DNA from: Phoronis australis | Lineage: Eukaryota; Animalia; Phoronida | Direction of reading: 5' to 3' | NCBI GenBank assembly: GCA_002633005.1 | Contig: NMRA01000144.1 | Span: 650,861 to 714,860 of the forward strand | DNA: 64,000 bases | Part shown: piece after piece, positions 1-14,064 of the stretch | Numbering within the stretch: the stretch's first letter is position 1 | Layout: each line of letters begins with the position of its first letter | Translations under genes and position numbers: made by a program | The notes under the pieces: generated by a model | Seen by the model: only the letters and a program-made list of their open reading frames with translations | The model's database searches: none | What the model was told of the DNA's origin: nothing

Positions 1-124
1 TCAATACAAACAAAGGATAAGGACGACCAGTTCTTTAAAAAAAGTAAATATGCCAGTCAAAAAAGTTAATGGGTTTAACACCAGAAGATGGTTTATAGTC
101 GATTTTAGCAGTGGTGGATCTAAA

Positions 125-590
125 GGGCCTTTCATACTAACGTCGATGCGTCAATGTTTTGGGGAGTTGTGGTCAGTATGAACACTTAACTGCGGTCCTG
201 GATCGAAGTTAACAGCGCCAGTTAACTTCGCAGTAAAACAGGTGGATTTAAGAGCGGAGCGTTGACGGTGCGGTGCAGTATTAACGATCAACTTTGGTCC
301 CATCGAAGTTATCGCCAGGTGGCACTGTTGCAGGATAGTGCCGTCACTAATAGTTGCCTATATTTTGCTCTAGTAATGAATTAAAAATAAGTTTTATGTC
401 AATCAGCACATGTAAATGTTCCCAAATTGTCTTATTGAAAAAATCTTAGCGTGTAACGCTACCTTGCGATAACTTCGATGACAATAGTGTCACCTATCGT
501 TCACTTCGAAGTCCGTTAACTACCGAAGCCAGTATGAACAGTTTGGTTAACTTCTCAGTTTACATCGACGCTACGCTCAGAGTTAAGTTA
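125..590. mobile_element. PIF/Harbinger-like MITE (right end degraded)
   Basis: Begins TAA-A-GGGCCTTTCATACT and is CpG-rich. It has internal inverted motifs (CATCGAAGTTATCGC / GCGATAACTTCGATG) and shares motifs with the 805-1534 element. Confidence 0.55.
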
Positions 591-804
591 AGACTGCAAG
601 GTGTCGTAAGGGGGACCAACCAGTCTCAACAGTTTATGTTTGGTTTTGGACTTAGGAAAACTCGCTTCTATTAAGTACCATAATTAACTTTCATAAGACA
701 CAATTTCAGACAGGAGGCACTTTGAAAAAATGTCATTTAAAGTGGCTATAAACCCGCTTTCCAACACTGCCAGTAGATTTATAGGATCCCAAATAGTTTC
801 TTAA

Positions 805-1534
805 AGGCCTTTCCCACTGGGTGCGAAGCTTTGGTGTTACCGAAGCTTCAGTCAACAAGAACACTTAACTTCTGTCTTAAATCGCCGAAGAAACTTAACA
901 GAGTGAGTTAAATAGGGAGTAAAAAGATGGATTTAACAGTGAATTGCCGAGGCTTCACTACAATGATGAGAACACTTAACTTTGATGCCATAGGAGTTAT
1001 CGGCAGGGGTCACTGGCTGAGTTGGCCAACAGCGGGTGGTGACTGGTTAATACTTATTAATATTTTATTATAATATTTATCATTTTGGCTGTAGAAGCAT
1101 TCTGTTTTAATTTATCCAGGTATTTGCTGGATTCTCTACATCAATCACTGAATGTATGATGTATGCAAAACAAGTTCCCGCCCTACCGTCTTTGTTCGGA
1201 TGAGCTGTTAGCCTACTCAAGAGTCAATTTTTTAATATGTCGTGTTCTAGTACATTGTCATTGTCCCAACATGTTGACCAATGGCTTCCTTGTGAAATTG
1301 ATGTTCTAGTTTTCATATCGGGAGAGGGATAAGTCCTTGTCAGTTTTGATCAAAAGAACACTAAAACACCAAGACACCTTCAGTCATATTAGCGCCCCCT
1401 GTGAGAACTTCACTAAATTGTTTTATGACTAACTCCAAAGTTGGTGGGAGCACTAACGCTTATTACCTTCGCGGTTAACCACAGTTAACATGGAAGCTTT
1501 ATTAATAGCAGTGTTACAGTTTGGGGAAGGGCCT
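805..1534. mobile_element. PIF/Harbinger-like MITE
   Basis: TIRs AGGCCTTTCCCA ... TGGGGAAGGGCCT, with TAA on the left flank. Shares AACACTTAACT, GTAAAA...GGATTTAA and AGTTATCG.CAGG..CACTG with 125-590. Confidence 0.6.
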
Positions 1535-3748
1535 TTTGTCAATTCAAAGGTGATTTAGGGGCTTCAAAAATTGACTGTTTGTTATTGCCTAAGGCCAGAT
1601 TCTGCAAGTTGGCTTGTCACCATTGGAGTCCGCATTTTGCATTTTACGCATCAAGCCTGGTCACAAGGAATAACAAACTGACACTTGTTATGAGCCTGGC
1701 AACCACTTACCATCTGGAAGAAGATGAAGGAACAAGTTGAGGCCAATTTTACACCTTAACTGGTTTGAAGCAAAGTTTGCATCTTTGACAGAGCACAGTT
1801 ATTTTATTGGTGCTTTTAAGTAATCATGACTAATTAATTGGCTTGTGTTCATGGTCCACAATACCCAACAAAACTAGGCATTTATAAAAATACAATGACA
1901 AAACAACAAAAGATTTCCTCAAGAGAGTTGAAAATATATGCCACCTGAGGCTCAAAGAATAGAAAATGCCTGGGAATTTCTCTGGCCACTATAACAATGC
2001 TTTAAAAACGGTGCACCTTAACAAATGGCTTCTAGTTGCTACAATAAAAATACATTTGAAAAAGTCACCTATTAATAATGAATGGGTTATTGGACATTGC
2101 AATAAATAATGTCCGCCCAACATTAAGTCTGATGAGCCACGAAACTGTTAATCTTCATGTCACAATAGTATTATACCTATCACAAAATTATTTATTAGTT
2201 CAGCTATTTATAACTTGCGTTCGCAAATATCTATAAATAAAAGAAAATGTACTTTTACTTATACTTGACAGACGTGGTACATTGAGGATTTTTTTCTGTG
2301 TGAGGTTTTGACATCAACACCATTTAACATTGTATGATCATTCCACAGTCTTGGCTTAATAATGCGGAATGCACTATGTAGGTTCATTGCACACCCCAAC
2401 AGCGTAGTCCCTGAGCGCAGCAACATTTTGTCCACAAGAAAGCAGCAAATAACCTCATTTAGGTACACTCGGTAGGCCCCAGTACAAAATACAACTGTAC
2501 CAACCCAGGTGTGAGACCCCTTTAGCCACATATGTGCAGTTTGATTTTTAACTTGTTCCTTTGTAAGCAATTAGTCTTGTGCCTCAATTGACAGTGTAAA
2601 TATCCAGGCACCCATTAACCCATCAAGGTCACTTCAAAATTAGTCACCTGTGCAAACCAGGAACCAAACCCAGTATCCAACATCACCATAGTGATAACAG
2701 ACACATAGAAGATAAATAGACTTAATGAAAAGCCAGTGACTAAGAGATAAAGAATCTTGAAGGGAAGTTCTGTAATAAATTGTTAATTGGCAACCAAGCA
2801 AGACTAGCATTGGTTAATATAAAGACAAATTTATTTATAAACATACCATGTTACCTTGACAAAGGTATTGAAACAGAAAGGAAACAATTATTTGGCATTG
2901 AATTTTCATTGAAATTCACCAACTTTCATAAGTTTTCAGTCTAAATACTTCACTGAATGTTTAGACCTTATCTTACTCTAACACACACAAAAAATTTATA
3001 TATTGATAATTGAAACAGCTCAGAAAGATCCACTGAGACCTGCCACTTAAATTAAAATGCTTTTTACCATTTTTCCAAATTGAAACAAGTTACTTGAAAT
3101 AATGATATTGCAAGTAGCCTAAGCTCTTGTTCATTACAGAATATGAAATGGCGTTTTGAATTTTAGTCACATGCATAACAAGGCTAAGTCCCCCAAAAAT
3201 TATCAATGTGAAAATATCACAAAACAATAATCAATAAATTTAATTTTCTGAAAGTTAAAAAATGCATTAATCAATAGGTATAACACAAGGAAATCGAGAA
3301 AATGAAAATTTTTCATTCAAGGTCGATTGAATAAAAATGAATTGTTACTTCGACAACAAAACGCAACAGAATAATTCCCCTTTTCTGTTTTGTGCCATGG
3401 TGAAACTAACCCAAATACACTAAAAAATCTATAAGTGACATTAGACGCTTATCTGCAAATAATTGATATTTTCCTTCAGGCCAACGTTTACTGCAGCCCT
3501 GGACATACATGCGGTCACATACAATGCAGCAACTTGACTGGAAAGATTCAGACATCTGGCTGGTAAAATAATGTGTAAATTAGACCAACTAATTTGTGGA
3601 TTAATAGATTTGCAGCTTGTTGTGAATACATTCTCACTTAATATTCACATCCAAATAAGAAGTTATGGAAAACCAAGCATTAGATAACACAAGATGGTGG
3701 TTATGCAACAGTGAGAGCCAAACTACATTATTACATCTGGGTGTTTAA

Positions 3749-4272
3749 GGTTACTATGTAAGACCCTAGAAAAATATCCAAATTTGGTTAATTTCGTAAC
3801 ATTATAACTCAGAAATGGCTCATCAGATTCATATGAAACTCTCTGATGCAATGCTTAATATGTTCTTTTCTCCAAAATGATGTTAGGAACTGTATTTTTG
3901 AAATGTTCCACTTTTGTTGCGGGCTTATCAGAGTTCTATCATAAATTTTCATGAAAAAATCAAAACTTGCATGAAACAAAATATCTTAGAAAATTGTAAC
4001 ATTGTTTTTTGAGATTTCATCTTGAACATTTACATTAAATGAAATTTAGTCATGTTATTGATACAGCTGTTTAGCTATGATGGACCTGCACTTTTTGCTA
4101 AATTTTACTAAAAAACACGTGGCTGCGTGACCCAATTAATGTTAGATGTAAAAAGTCAAATAAACTTCTACAAGCTTTATACTTTATGAAAATACAAACT
4201 TTTACTGGGTTGGAATTTATTGTTTTGTGATTATTTGGCTACACAAACTTATTGATAAGATTTTACATAACC
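3749..4272. mobile_element. Kolobok-like (TTAA-flanked) non-autonomous DNA element, copy 1
   Basis: TTAA|GGTTACTATGTAAGA ... TTTTACATAACC|CTAA; colinear with 13735-14064. Confidence 0.65.
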
Positions 4273-5105
4273 CTAAGGTCACCTGACACAGTATAACAAA
4301 AGTATGACTGCTCAATCAGCTCCTTTATATATTAACCACCTGTGCATTAAATATGTGCTTACAACAGGTCCTCAGCTGAAGTAGCTATTCATGTGTGTTC
4401 CTTTGTTGCACTCTAACAATCATATTCTTTTCAGTTGAATTAAAAAGATTAAATAAAATAAACCAATCATTACTGTAGGCTGACAACAAGCAATAGCTGC
4501 TACAAGGTCACCTTCATCAAACAGCCAGCTTTTCCTTTGATGTTAACACCTGAGAAAACTTTCTGAGGGTTTGAAATGTATTTATCACAAAATCCTGGCT
4601 TTACATAATTACTGAGGAAGTTACTGAAGCATTTCCTTCCGGTTTTGGTGAAAAGTTTATAAACAGAACGTCTCAAACTATAAAGAACCTAGCATAGAAA
4701 CTACTTTGATGCTGTTATCTTCAAAAAGGTTTGTTAAACCAGTACCACACAAGTAGGGACATGCTGTCCTGATAAGATGTCAGCAGAGGGTAATTTGATT
4801 ACACAAGAGAGAAAAGGACAAGAGAAAAGAGATTGCACACACTCTTTAGCTATATCACTTAATTAACAGAGCAATGAACTTTTAACGGTCAATTGGCAAG
4901 GTCACATGCAACCAGACAAAACAAATGTTTTTGGTGAATGGATTCACCAATAACAGAAATTTGTCTTTGCTACAAATGTACATTGGATAAGCACTCAACC
5001 TTTAATTAGCACGAGTGTAACATTTACTGAAGCTAATGATCTGTCACAGGACACAACACTCGTAATCTTCGTGAGTTTGGCAAACTTTTAACACCAACTC
5101 GTAAG

Positions 5106-5812
5106 CACAGGCGGATTTGGGGAGACCCTGAGCCCCTGCCCTCCCGGGCATAATCTAGAGGATGTCCAATTGGCATCCAACTGGAGATCCTGGCTCAAAT
5201 TTAGACATCCTAGTTGGGATGCTCTGATCAGTAAAGTAAGCAAGTAAGCATAGTAATGTCTCTTTAAACTTGCCAACCGAAGCAGCTCTGGAAGATAATT
5301 AGTCGGTCCTGAATAAAAAAGGTTGGTTTACAAATGATGTAAGTTACAAAAACCTTTAGTGCAGACCCATGTTGACACAGTAAAGTTATCACACTATAAC
5401 AGCAATTTGCCTTGGGTTCATAAAAACATTATTGGTCATGGACGCCCTGACAAATTGGATATCTAATTTGGAAGCCCTATCTTTTGAAATGCTTGACGAA
5501 TCTCTGGTTGGGATGCTGTTTTAGGGGCTAGGGGGATTTTTTCCTTTGAAATTTCTGGCGTAGATCTGCCAGTGGTAAGCTTAAATTCCAGTCTTAAAAT
5601 GACATTGCTATCCTGCAAAAAAGCCTGCTTGCTGCTATGTCAAATTCCATGCCAAATAGCAAAGTTTTGGGTGATGAATTTTAATGTACATTTTACAGTT
5701 AGCCAACTATACTTAAATCAAAGTTTTAGTAATTATTATAATACAACTCTAAATTCATGATATCTGACAACATTAAAGGTTCAAAATTTGTCAACATGCT
5801 AAATCGCCATCA
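5106..5812. mobile_element. Degenerate hAT-like non-autonomous element (GGCGGATTT / AAATCGCC ends)
   Basis: Terminal motifs resemble the 30810 and 53572 elements; TSD not recognisable. Confidence 0.35.
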
Positions 5813-7022
5813 TGATCCGTAAAACCTATACCCAACAGAAGTGCACATTGGTGCAACTTGGCAGTCTGCAGCAATAATTCTTATTCCTCAATAACTTGAA
5901 ATTAATTGGTTTTCTTAGAAATTACGGTTCATACCGGTGATTTTGAAACAAATTATAAGTTATGTTCAGTAAGCACTGACATAATGATAGACTGATTTTG
6001 ATTACTTACGTTATGCTACAACTTAATTGCGGATATTCTTGGCCTTATTAATTTTCCAGAAATTAGGGGTCGTGTCCCTCATTTTGCAACTAACAAGTTT
6101 TTCCAGTACGAAATCTTACATTGATCTGACACTTTTCGGTTCACCTACCACAAGAAATTGCACTTAAGTGAGAGGGTTCAACAGTAATATTCTGGAAATA
6201 TGAACTTTGCTATGTCAGCAGCAAATTTTTCAGTAATGACGTAATATTGTTAGAACATTGATTAGATTGCAAAGTAGCAGAAGTCTGTTTTGAGAAGAAC
6301 AAAGTGATTACATCTTAGTAATGGGGAAAACGTGTTACGATCTGTATGAATAATTATTAGCTGAGCTTTCACATGACAGTCACCATTGATAAAAATAACA
6401 ATGACAAACCTGAACACATGTATCCTGATTAGATGGTGCCTAGACATCAGACCATATGTTACAGACTAGATGAAAGCCCAGCTGACCAAAGGCTATTAAA
6501 AAGGCCCATACCATAATGCTTCTAATGGAAGCTCATGCATGAATGAATTTTAAGAAAACAGTGAAACAGCATCTTTCTTTTGCCAGGCATTCAAAGTAAA
6601 TATGAGAAATGTGAAAAAAGCACAATATGCAACACCATATTCTATGAAAAATAGAAAAACAACAGCATTGCCACCTTCTTTCACATTTTTGCCTCAATCA
6701 GACAACTAGAAATTGTAAAATTATGACGTTTTACACTAGCATTAGTATCATAGTGCAACACTAACCAGACAAAATACCGTTTCCCCCATCGTGACGACTA
6801 ACTCTGGTAAAAACAAAAATTACTGGTAATAACTATTACGGCAATAAATTCTAATTACAGAACGGCTTACCCATTTTACCTGTCAATTCTCCTTCATTCT
6901 CAGTGATGAGAAAAGACTACTCTGTTCAAGAATTTGCTCAGCCGTCATGACAGAGAATTCCGCATCATTGTATTTGACTACTTTCGGCTTGCACTGTAGT
7001 TGAATGAGTAGTATGTGTAGTA

Positions 7023-7259
7023 CGGTAAAATCTCACAAATCTTGTAAAAAATAATTACCAAAATCACATTTTTAACTTTCAAAAGTTTCTAACATTGTAA
7101 CATTGAGGGGTAAACCTGGAACATTTCAAAATATCGTCTGATGGTTTGGCTATGCTTTAGGTCTTGAAAATAATAAAGTTTTTTGATCCTATTGATTGTT
7201 TACCAAAACAATTAAATTTCACTTGTCCACCGGTGTCCTGAATTGGAGAGCGTTTACCA
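7023..7259 (+). mobile_element. Tc1/mariner-type (TA TSD) MITE family A
   Basis: TA|CGGTAAAATCTCAC ... AAATTTCACTTGTC ... AATTGGAGAGCGTTTACCA|TA; multiple copies in the window. Confidence 0.7.
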
Positions 7260-8559
7260 TAAACAATATTTTGTGAAGTCACAGTCTGGCAAAATGTTTC
7301 AAGGATGAGAGGAAATCTACATCAAAAAGAAGGGAGATGTGGTCCATTTCACCAAGGTGCAATATAAGTCTACCATGGTAGTCGGTGCCACTTTGGTTAA
7401 CCAGATCATTGATGAACCCAAACATCAAAAGCCCAAGTCTAGACTTATAGATCATCCTTTCCTCAAATAATGTGTTGTAGAACTCCAGAAAGGAAATAAT
7501 CAAAGGTCATAATAACCATAATCGGATGGCCTGCAATGAAGAACTGTTGTACCCAACTCATTACCTTAGGGCCCCACTACAGCAAGGTAGGCGCTCAACA
7601 ATTTGAGGGGAAGCAGAACTATACAATTGAGGGGGAACCGAGTAAATGTTGGATAAACTTGTTGCAATCTCAGTAAAAAGCTGATGCATGGAGTTACCTT
7701 TGAGGCATCATGCCTACAGCTTTTGGCCAAAGTTACTGGCATCCGCTCTTTCCCAGAAAGTTTCATGAAAATGGTAGGGTAGGCCTTCTGAGAACAAATT
7801 TGGTTCGTTATAGTTTTATTCATAAACAATGTGAATGAAACAGGGACACACCAGTAATGACATTTTGGACTTTTCTGGCAGAAAATAACACCTTGTGTGC
7901 AAAACATTGTGAGAAACCATGAACCAGTACACACAGTTTTTACAATTTTACACTCTTGTCTATGGACACCTAAAATACAAAATTAACATGCTTACATATT
8001 AAGATAACAGTATTGACAGTAGATAAATTACAAAAACATTTCATTGAAATACTACTTAAGGTTACCTAAAGCCCAGTCAGTATGATGATGTTTACAGCCA
8101 AGTGTAGTCACATAGGGTGTGTATTTTGTCATGACGCAAACACACTTGGATGTATTTACACCACCGTCAGAAGAATCGTCAATGTAAATTTACACACAGG
8201 GAAAACATACACTTGGTTGAATGAAATTTCAATTTGTGTGCAGTTGAATGCAGGGTCTAGCAACAAAAAATGCTGTTACATAATTCCTGCTTCTTACCAG
8301 ACTTTAGATCTGCACACCACTACCAATTAAATGTCTGAGAGCATCTTCTGTTGCCAAGGTGATGTGGGAGAGTCTTTTATTGAAATGATGCTGCTGGGTG
8401 ATGTTTTCGAGGCTTTTACATTCTAGTTTTCATGGGTTATGCACCATCCATGAGACATAACAAATCAGTTGTTGGTTCGTTTTGAAAAACGTCATTGTTC
8501 GTGTTACTAGAAGCCAGAAAGTGAACATTTTCAAACCAATCTTTGTATTCATGGAATTC

Positions 8560-9630
8560 ATGACGTGTATTAATTAAGTATAACATTGATTTTAATATTA
8601 GTGTTATCATTATTATTAATTTGCTACCAGATCCTTGGTGTTTGTGTTAACTTGTTTTGACTTTCAGTTGTCAACCTGTGGCCCATCCATGCATCCACAT
8701 GTTTTGATAAACTTTGTAGTGAACAAGATTACCTAATAGTTATTCACAGAATACTAGCTTGACACAACTGACCAGTGCCAAATAAGGCAAAGACGATAAT
8801 GAATTTCTCATGATTGTTCTACACTAAGTTCTTAGAGTTGTTTACTGTTATTTCCAATGGAATTTTGAATCATGAAGTTAACTGTGGATCAAGACACACT
8901 ACTGCACACACACAGTGCTACATTTGACTCTCCCTACATTATACAACAGAATTTTTCATTGGCTTCTATCACCATTCCATCGATCTTTCATAATAATCCA
9001 TACTTATCATTTGTGAGATGGTCCCAACAGCAATCCCGTGGGGCATAGCCATCAGAACAACCCAGTTTCAAGGCAATTATACCAGAAGATTCGTTTCCTT
9101 ACCAACAAAAGTTACGTGTTTCACTTTTTGTCTTGGAATTGACTAGAAATTCTGAGGGCAAATTTTCAGTTTCTTTTCCACCATACGAAGGCAACGCAAA
9201 TTAATATTTACACCTGGGTGTATGTTTGCGTGCAGTGCATATTTACATACGTGTAAAAGTGTTGCATAAAAACAGGACTTTACATAACACCTGTCCACAT
9301 CATTTGTCATGAAATTCAAGATATATTTTTCCTATGTGTGTTGAATTTGATAGTATTATTACTTTGCTAACATGTTTCTGGTATGTGTATGCTATTTGTT
9401 TTGGACTTCAGTGGAGTGAGATTAATTCAATGGCCCATCCAGTCATCCCTACATTTTCAGATTATCTCTATACTTATGTAATAATTTGATGTGGTTATTC
9501 ACAGAACAGCTGCCTGAGACAAATGACCAAGACCATATATAGCAGAAACAATAGTGAATTTCTTATGAATGTTTGTTAATTCTAAGAGTTGTTTACTGTA
9601 CTACTTCTGGAAGACTATTTTGAATCAAAA
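8560..9630. repeat. Two diverged direct copies (~8560-8875 and ~9300-9630) of an old ~320-bp repeat
   Basis: Shared TGGCCCATCCA, GTTATTCACAGAA, TGAATTTCT.ATGA, AGAGTTGTTTACTGT and ATTTTGAATCA in the same order. Confidence 0.65.
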
Positions 9631-12600
9631 GGTTCAGTACATTTTTGCCCACACATATTTACCTGTATAAACCATGAAATAAAGAAATAAAACTAGAGCA
9701 CTATCAGCATAACGTATATTGTCTCTCTAAGTGAATCTTAGCTTAACATTTCCACTAGTTTGCTGTGTACTCAATGCCACAATCACAACATAGCCACCTT
9801 CCTACCCCAACATTATCATCATTTCAAGTTTTACACTACACAAAACTTGAAAAACAAAGTTATATCTAATAGCCCAATATTTCTACAAATGCAATGTGAT
9901 GAAAAATAAAGAAAATACGCAATTTTTGTATTTGAATTACAATCAGTTTACGAACTTCAAAGCATACCATTACTATAGTATTAAGAAAATGCCACTTTAA
10001 TTTTATCATAAAGATTGATATTTTATTATGACCATTATATTATAATAACCACAACATAATTAATATTATAATTTTAATTATTACTAATTCTCGATATCAA
10101 ACTTCACATAAAAATCAGTTTATATGTTAAAATAAGGATTAAAAGGAACGTCCAAGGGCTACGTCCCAAACTGGAGAACTTTTACGGTAATATAGTGAAG
10201 AGAGTAAATTTGAAGAAGTTAACATACACAAAGAAAAAACAATGAAAGAATTGAGACTGAGTTCAAGAGCTGTAACAATATGCATAAATAAAAAGTTAAA
10301 TTCTTGTAATACCATATGGAGAAAATCACACTTGCAGGATATGAAAAAACGTTACCTTTTTTCGAAGCAAAATGATTTGTGAAACTGTAACAACAGTGAA
10401 ACCTAAATTCAAACACAGCTCATGCAGATGTTTTATCAACTGATTGTTGCATTCATATATCAAATGTAGCATCACTTGGTCAATTTAAAAAATAAATACA
10501 TGTTTGACTGCTTTTTCTATTAAAAATTCACTAAAACAATTAAGAATGTTCAGTACGAGTATGCAATAATAACAGTGAGATTTTTAACACTTCATATTTA
10601 CTGAAAAAATTCAATAAATATTCTATAGCATGTTATATGTTCTCTGAACACGTACAAATAAATACCAAAATGCAGTGTTCGTCTGAGGTTGCATTTTTAC
10701 AAAATTTCACAAAATTAAGCTGAAGATGACGAATGCTGAGATTATGGGTGCAGCACGTAACAACTAAAAGCAAAGAAACCAATCAAGTATTTCATTTTTT
10801 GATTTCCATTTTGGACCACATGAGTCACCTCTTTTTGCCTGACTTATAACACTACGCCACGTTCTGTGCTAGTGTAACAATTTTTTACTGTTTTCAGGGA
10901 CAAGAAATGGACCCAAAAAATTTTGAGGTGGGTCCACTGGACCAGTATTTGGAATAGTAGGACAAACACTGCGAAAGGGCTAAGCTACAAAAATTAACAT
11001 TTCCCCCACAGTTCCAATTTACACCCCTTACGAACAAATCATAGAGACCCTTAACAATCTTCTTGCCATGAACTTAGAAATTTAAAGTGTTTCACTGTCT
11101 CATAGCCGTAATTTGCCAGCCAGTTAATCCTGTACCTAACATCAGCTTATTCAGCACTTCAGCACTACAAGTAACCATAGCTACCAAACCACAAAGCTAC
11201 CTAAGTGATAGATGACTCATGCAAGCATTGGTCATCACCAAAAATAGCATGCATACCCTGGATCTGACGTCTCTACATTAATTGCTAATCATATATAAGC
11301 TGCCCTTTGAAAGATAAAGTAAATTCACAATCTCTGACAAGTTCAATTCACAGATTACGACAAACACGATTTTTTCTTGTCAATACACACAAAAATGGTT
11401 TTGATGAATTAGAATGCAAACAACTGAATACGATAACTTCAAAAACATTAGAAAGGCATTCCAACTTGCAATGCAAAGTGATGAGTAATTACCTAAGTTA
11501 TGGAAATTCTTACAGAAAAAATTAATAGTTTAGGTAAAAAATCCCATATATCCACCAGGAATGCTCTTTGTTGTATCCATGCATTCTTGGCCATAACAAA
11601 ATTATTTTAAATAAGGATAAATATCAAAGAAATTCCAGTAACATCACATTTATCGGACCCCTGTACAAAATGCAGTGACAATGCAAACCCATCCTGCCCC
11701 CTAGTGAGCTTATTGTGAACTACTAAAACCTTGTTGAGGGAGGCAGTTACAGAGTGAAAAGGTGAAAACAACTGACGCAGATACTGAACTGGTAGGTGTT
11801 TATGATGCAAAGCAAGTGCACAAAGTGAACGGGTACACTTGCAAAAATCTTAAATGATACTCTAAAAATCCCTACTGGTCACTAAACATGAAATTCTTTC
11901 ACTAAACATGGAAATTTAAGTTTATCTGCTCACAGCAGAAGTGAGTCAGCCACACAACTTCATGATGCGCAACTGCTAAGTACAATTCAACACTCTATTT
12001 AAAATTCTGGTTTCTTAGTCTTTGTTTGAATAATAAATAAAATCACTAGAATGTAGTTCCAACAATACACTCCCAACAATGTCTTGATTTCCAGTAATGG
12101 AAAAGGCTATAATTTAAGTATTTGCAAAATCTCAATGTCTACAATTCAACAGAACTCAGAATAGAAAGACTTGGGTATTCTTTTGAGGTCTGCAAACAGA
12201 CCAGACACTCTTGTCAAATTACACAGTCCAGGGCCTGATTAATGAGTCTTAAGTGGTCCACATTAAAATTAAACTCAGCAGTAGAAAAGACCCTACTTGT
12301 GCTCAGGGGCAACTTAACACAGGGACAACTTCCATCAACATATGGAGGTAGACTAACTATCTAGGGTAACTTGCCCCAATGTGCCTTATGTAGATGCAAA
12401 TAGCTTACCCAGTTCACACAAAGGGTGGTCTATATATGAGATCTTAGTGGGAAGTCACAAAAAATATTAAAAGCCTTTGAAAACTGAAAGAAAGGTAAAT
12501 TTTGTTGGGATTGACGAGATATTAACATATATTGGGATGGAAATGCATTTCACTGGCCACTCTTGTTTCTATGTTTGTCCATGTAGTCAGATGAAAGAAT

Positions 12601-13734
12601 CCAAGTGATTCTAAATTAAAGGAGGTTAAGCTAACACTTGTATATTTCAACCACTGTCAATGTTAGCAATGTCAGCTATGTGCGGGCACAGCTCACACTG
12701 CAACAGTAAATAATGGAAATTTTAACAAATGTTGTTCTACAAAGCTAATAATATAATCAACTTTGTTCATAAAATTTTACAATGTAAAATTTCACTACTT
12801 GCTATAGAGGCTGCATTTGAGAGGCTTAATAAATTTCAGACCACACAGTAGACATTTTTAACTCTGTCTGCCAGTGACACACAATCAGCCGAGTCAGTCA
12901 TGGGTAAACGAGAATATGTTTGAGGCACTACAACACGATGTAAGAAAAATTTCTAAAAAATCCAAAGAAATTAATCTATGGGATTTATATGATATGGTTT
13001 CATTTATTTATGCCATTTTAATTGTTTACATTCACTGGCACATACTGAACTGCAAGCAAAATGCTTTGAATATAGCCTTCATTGGGTTTTATGGGCACCC
13101 CTATTTCTCTTCTGTCTCAACCAGTTCTGTAACAATCTTGAATCTGCATTCAAGCACGCCAGCACGCTACTATTAGTGTGCAAAATTGTCATCAACATTC
13201 TCAATCATATTGACTGTTTATCTGATTATTGTTGATAAACACCAGGAAAATATAGCTTTGAAATTCTGTTCAATAAATCATGGAACTTCAATATCGCAGT
13301 TTCCCCATCTTAATGCTAACAATTTCCCTGCACTGACCTTTATGTGCTTGATAAAGACATTTTTAAATGTCATTCATATGTGGGAAGCCCATATAAATTG
13401 ATAGTGTTATGACAGCCAAACTCTGCATTGATACATGAGCCAGTATAGAGGAGCTGCCCCCAAACCACATGCAACAACTACAAAGAGAAGCTGAAAAACA
13501 AGAGAAGGAACAATCTAAGGTAAAATGGCAACAAGTCACCAGGGACACTTGCATTAAAATGTAAAACGGATGATCAAATATTCATCTAAAAATAGACAAA
13601 TACATTGATATTTCAAAACACTATTTTCAATTCATTCCGTATATGTGGCTACAGTTAGCATCTGGGCTTTTTGTCAAGGACTTTTGGAAACCCATCAATA
13701 AATTGACAGACCTTCTTTTACAGACAAGTTCTCT

Positions 13735-14064
13735 AGTTATGTAAGACTCTAGAAAAATGTACAAATTTGGCTAGAAGATAATATCTAAGAATTGGCTGAT
13801 CAGATTCAAACGTTCAGATATTATGTTTCGTGCAGTTCTCAAAACGCTGTCAGGAAATTGTTTGCATGAGGGGCTATAAAAGTGGGACATTTATATGAAA
13901 TACCATTTTTGCAATTGATACACGTTTCCTTTTGCTAAATTTTACTAAAAAGACATAGCCACACTATGATCCAATCACCGAGTTAAAACCTATAAGTTTG
14001 TAATGTAGATATGTTGCTGAATACACAAACTTTACACAGACTTGTTCATAACTTCTACATAACT
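13735..14064. mobile_element. Kolobok-like element, copy 2 (internally deleted)
   Basis: AGTTATGTAAGACTCTAGAAAAAT ... TTCTACATAACT|TTAA; shares TTTGCTAAATTTTACTAAAA and TACACAAACTT with copy 1. Confidence 0.65.

Noticed and set aside
7295-7470. EEIYIKKKGDVV...QYK as a Penelope GIY-YIG C-terminus
   Set aside because: The diagnostic NRD.G motif is absent; similarity too weak.
13363-13525. Strong minus-strand acceptor followed by a hydrophobic reading frame
   Set aside because: No good donor and no homology recognised; could not be supported.
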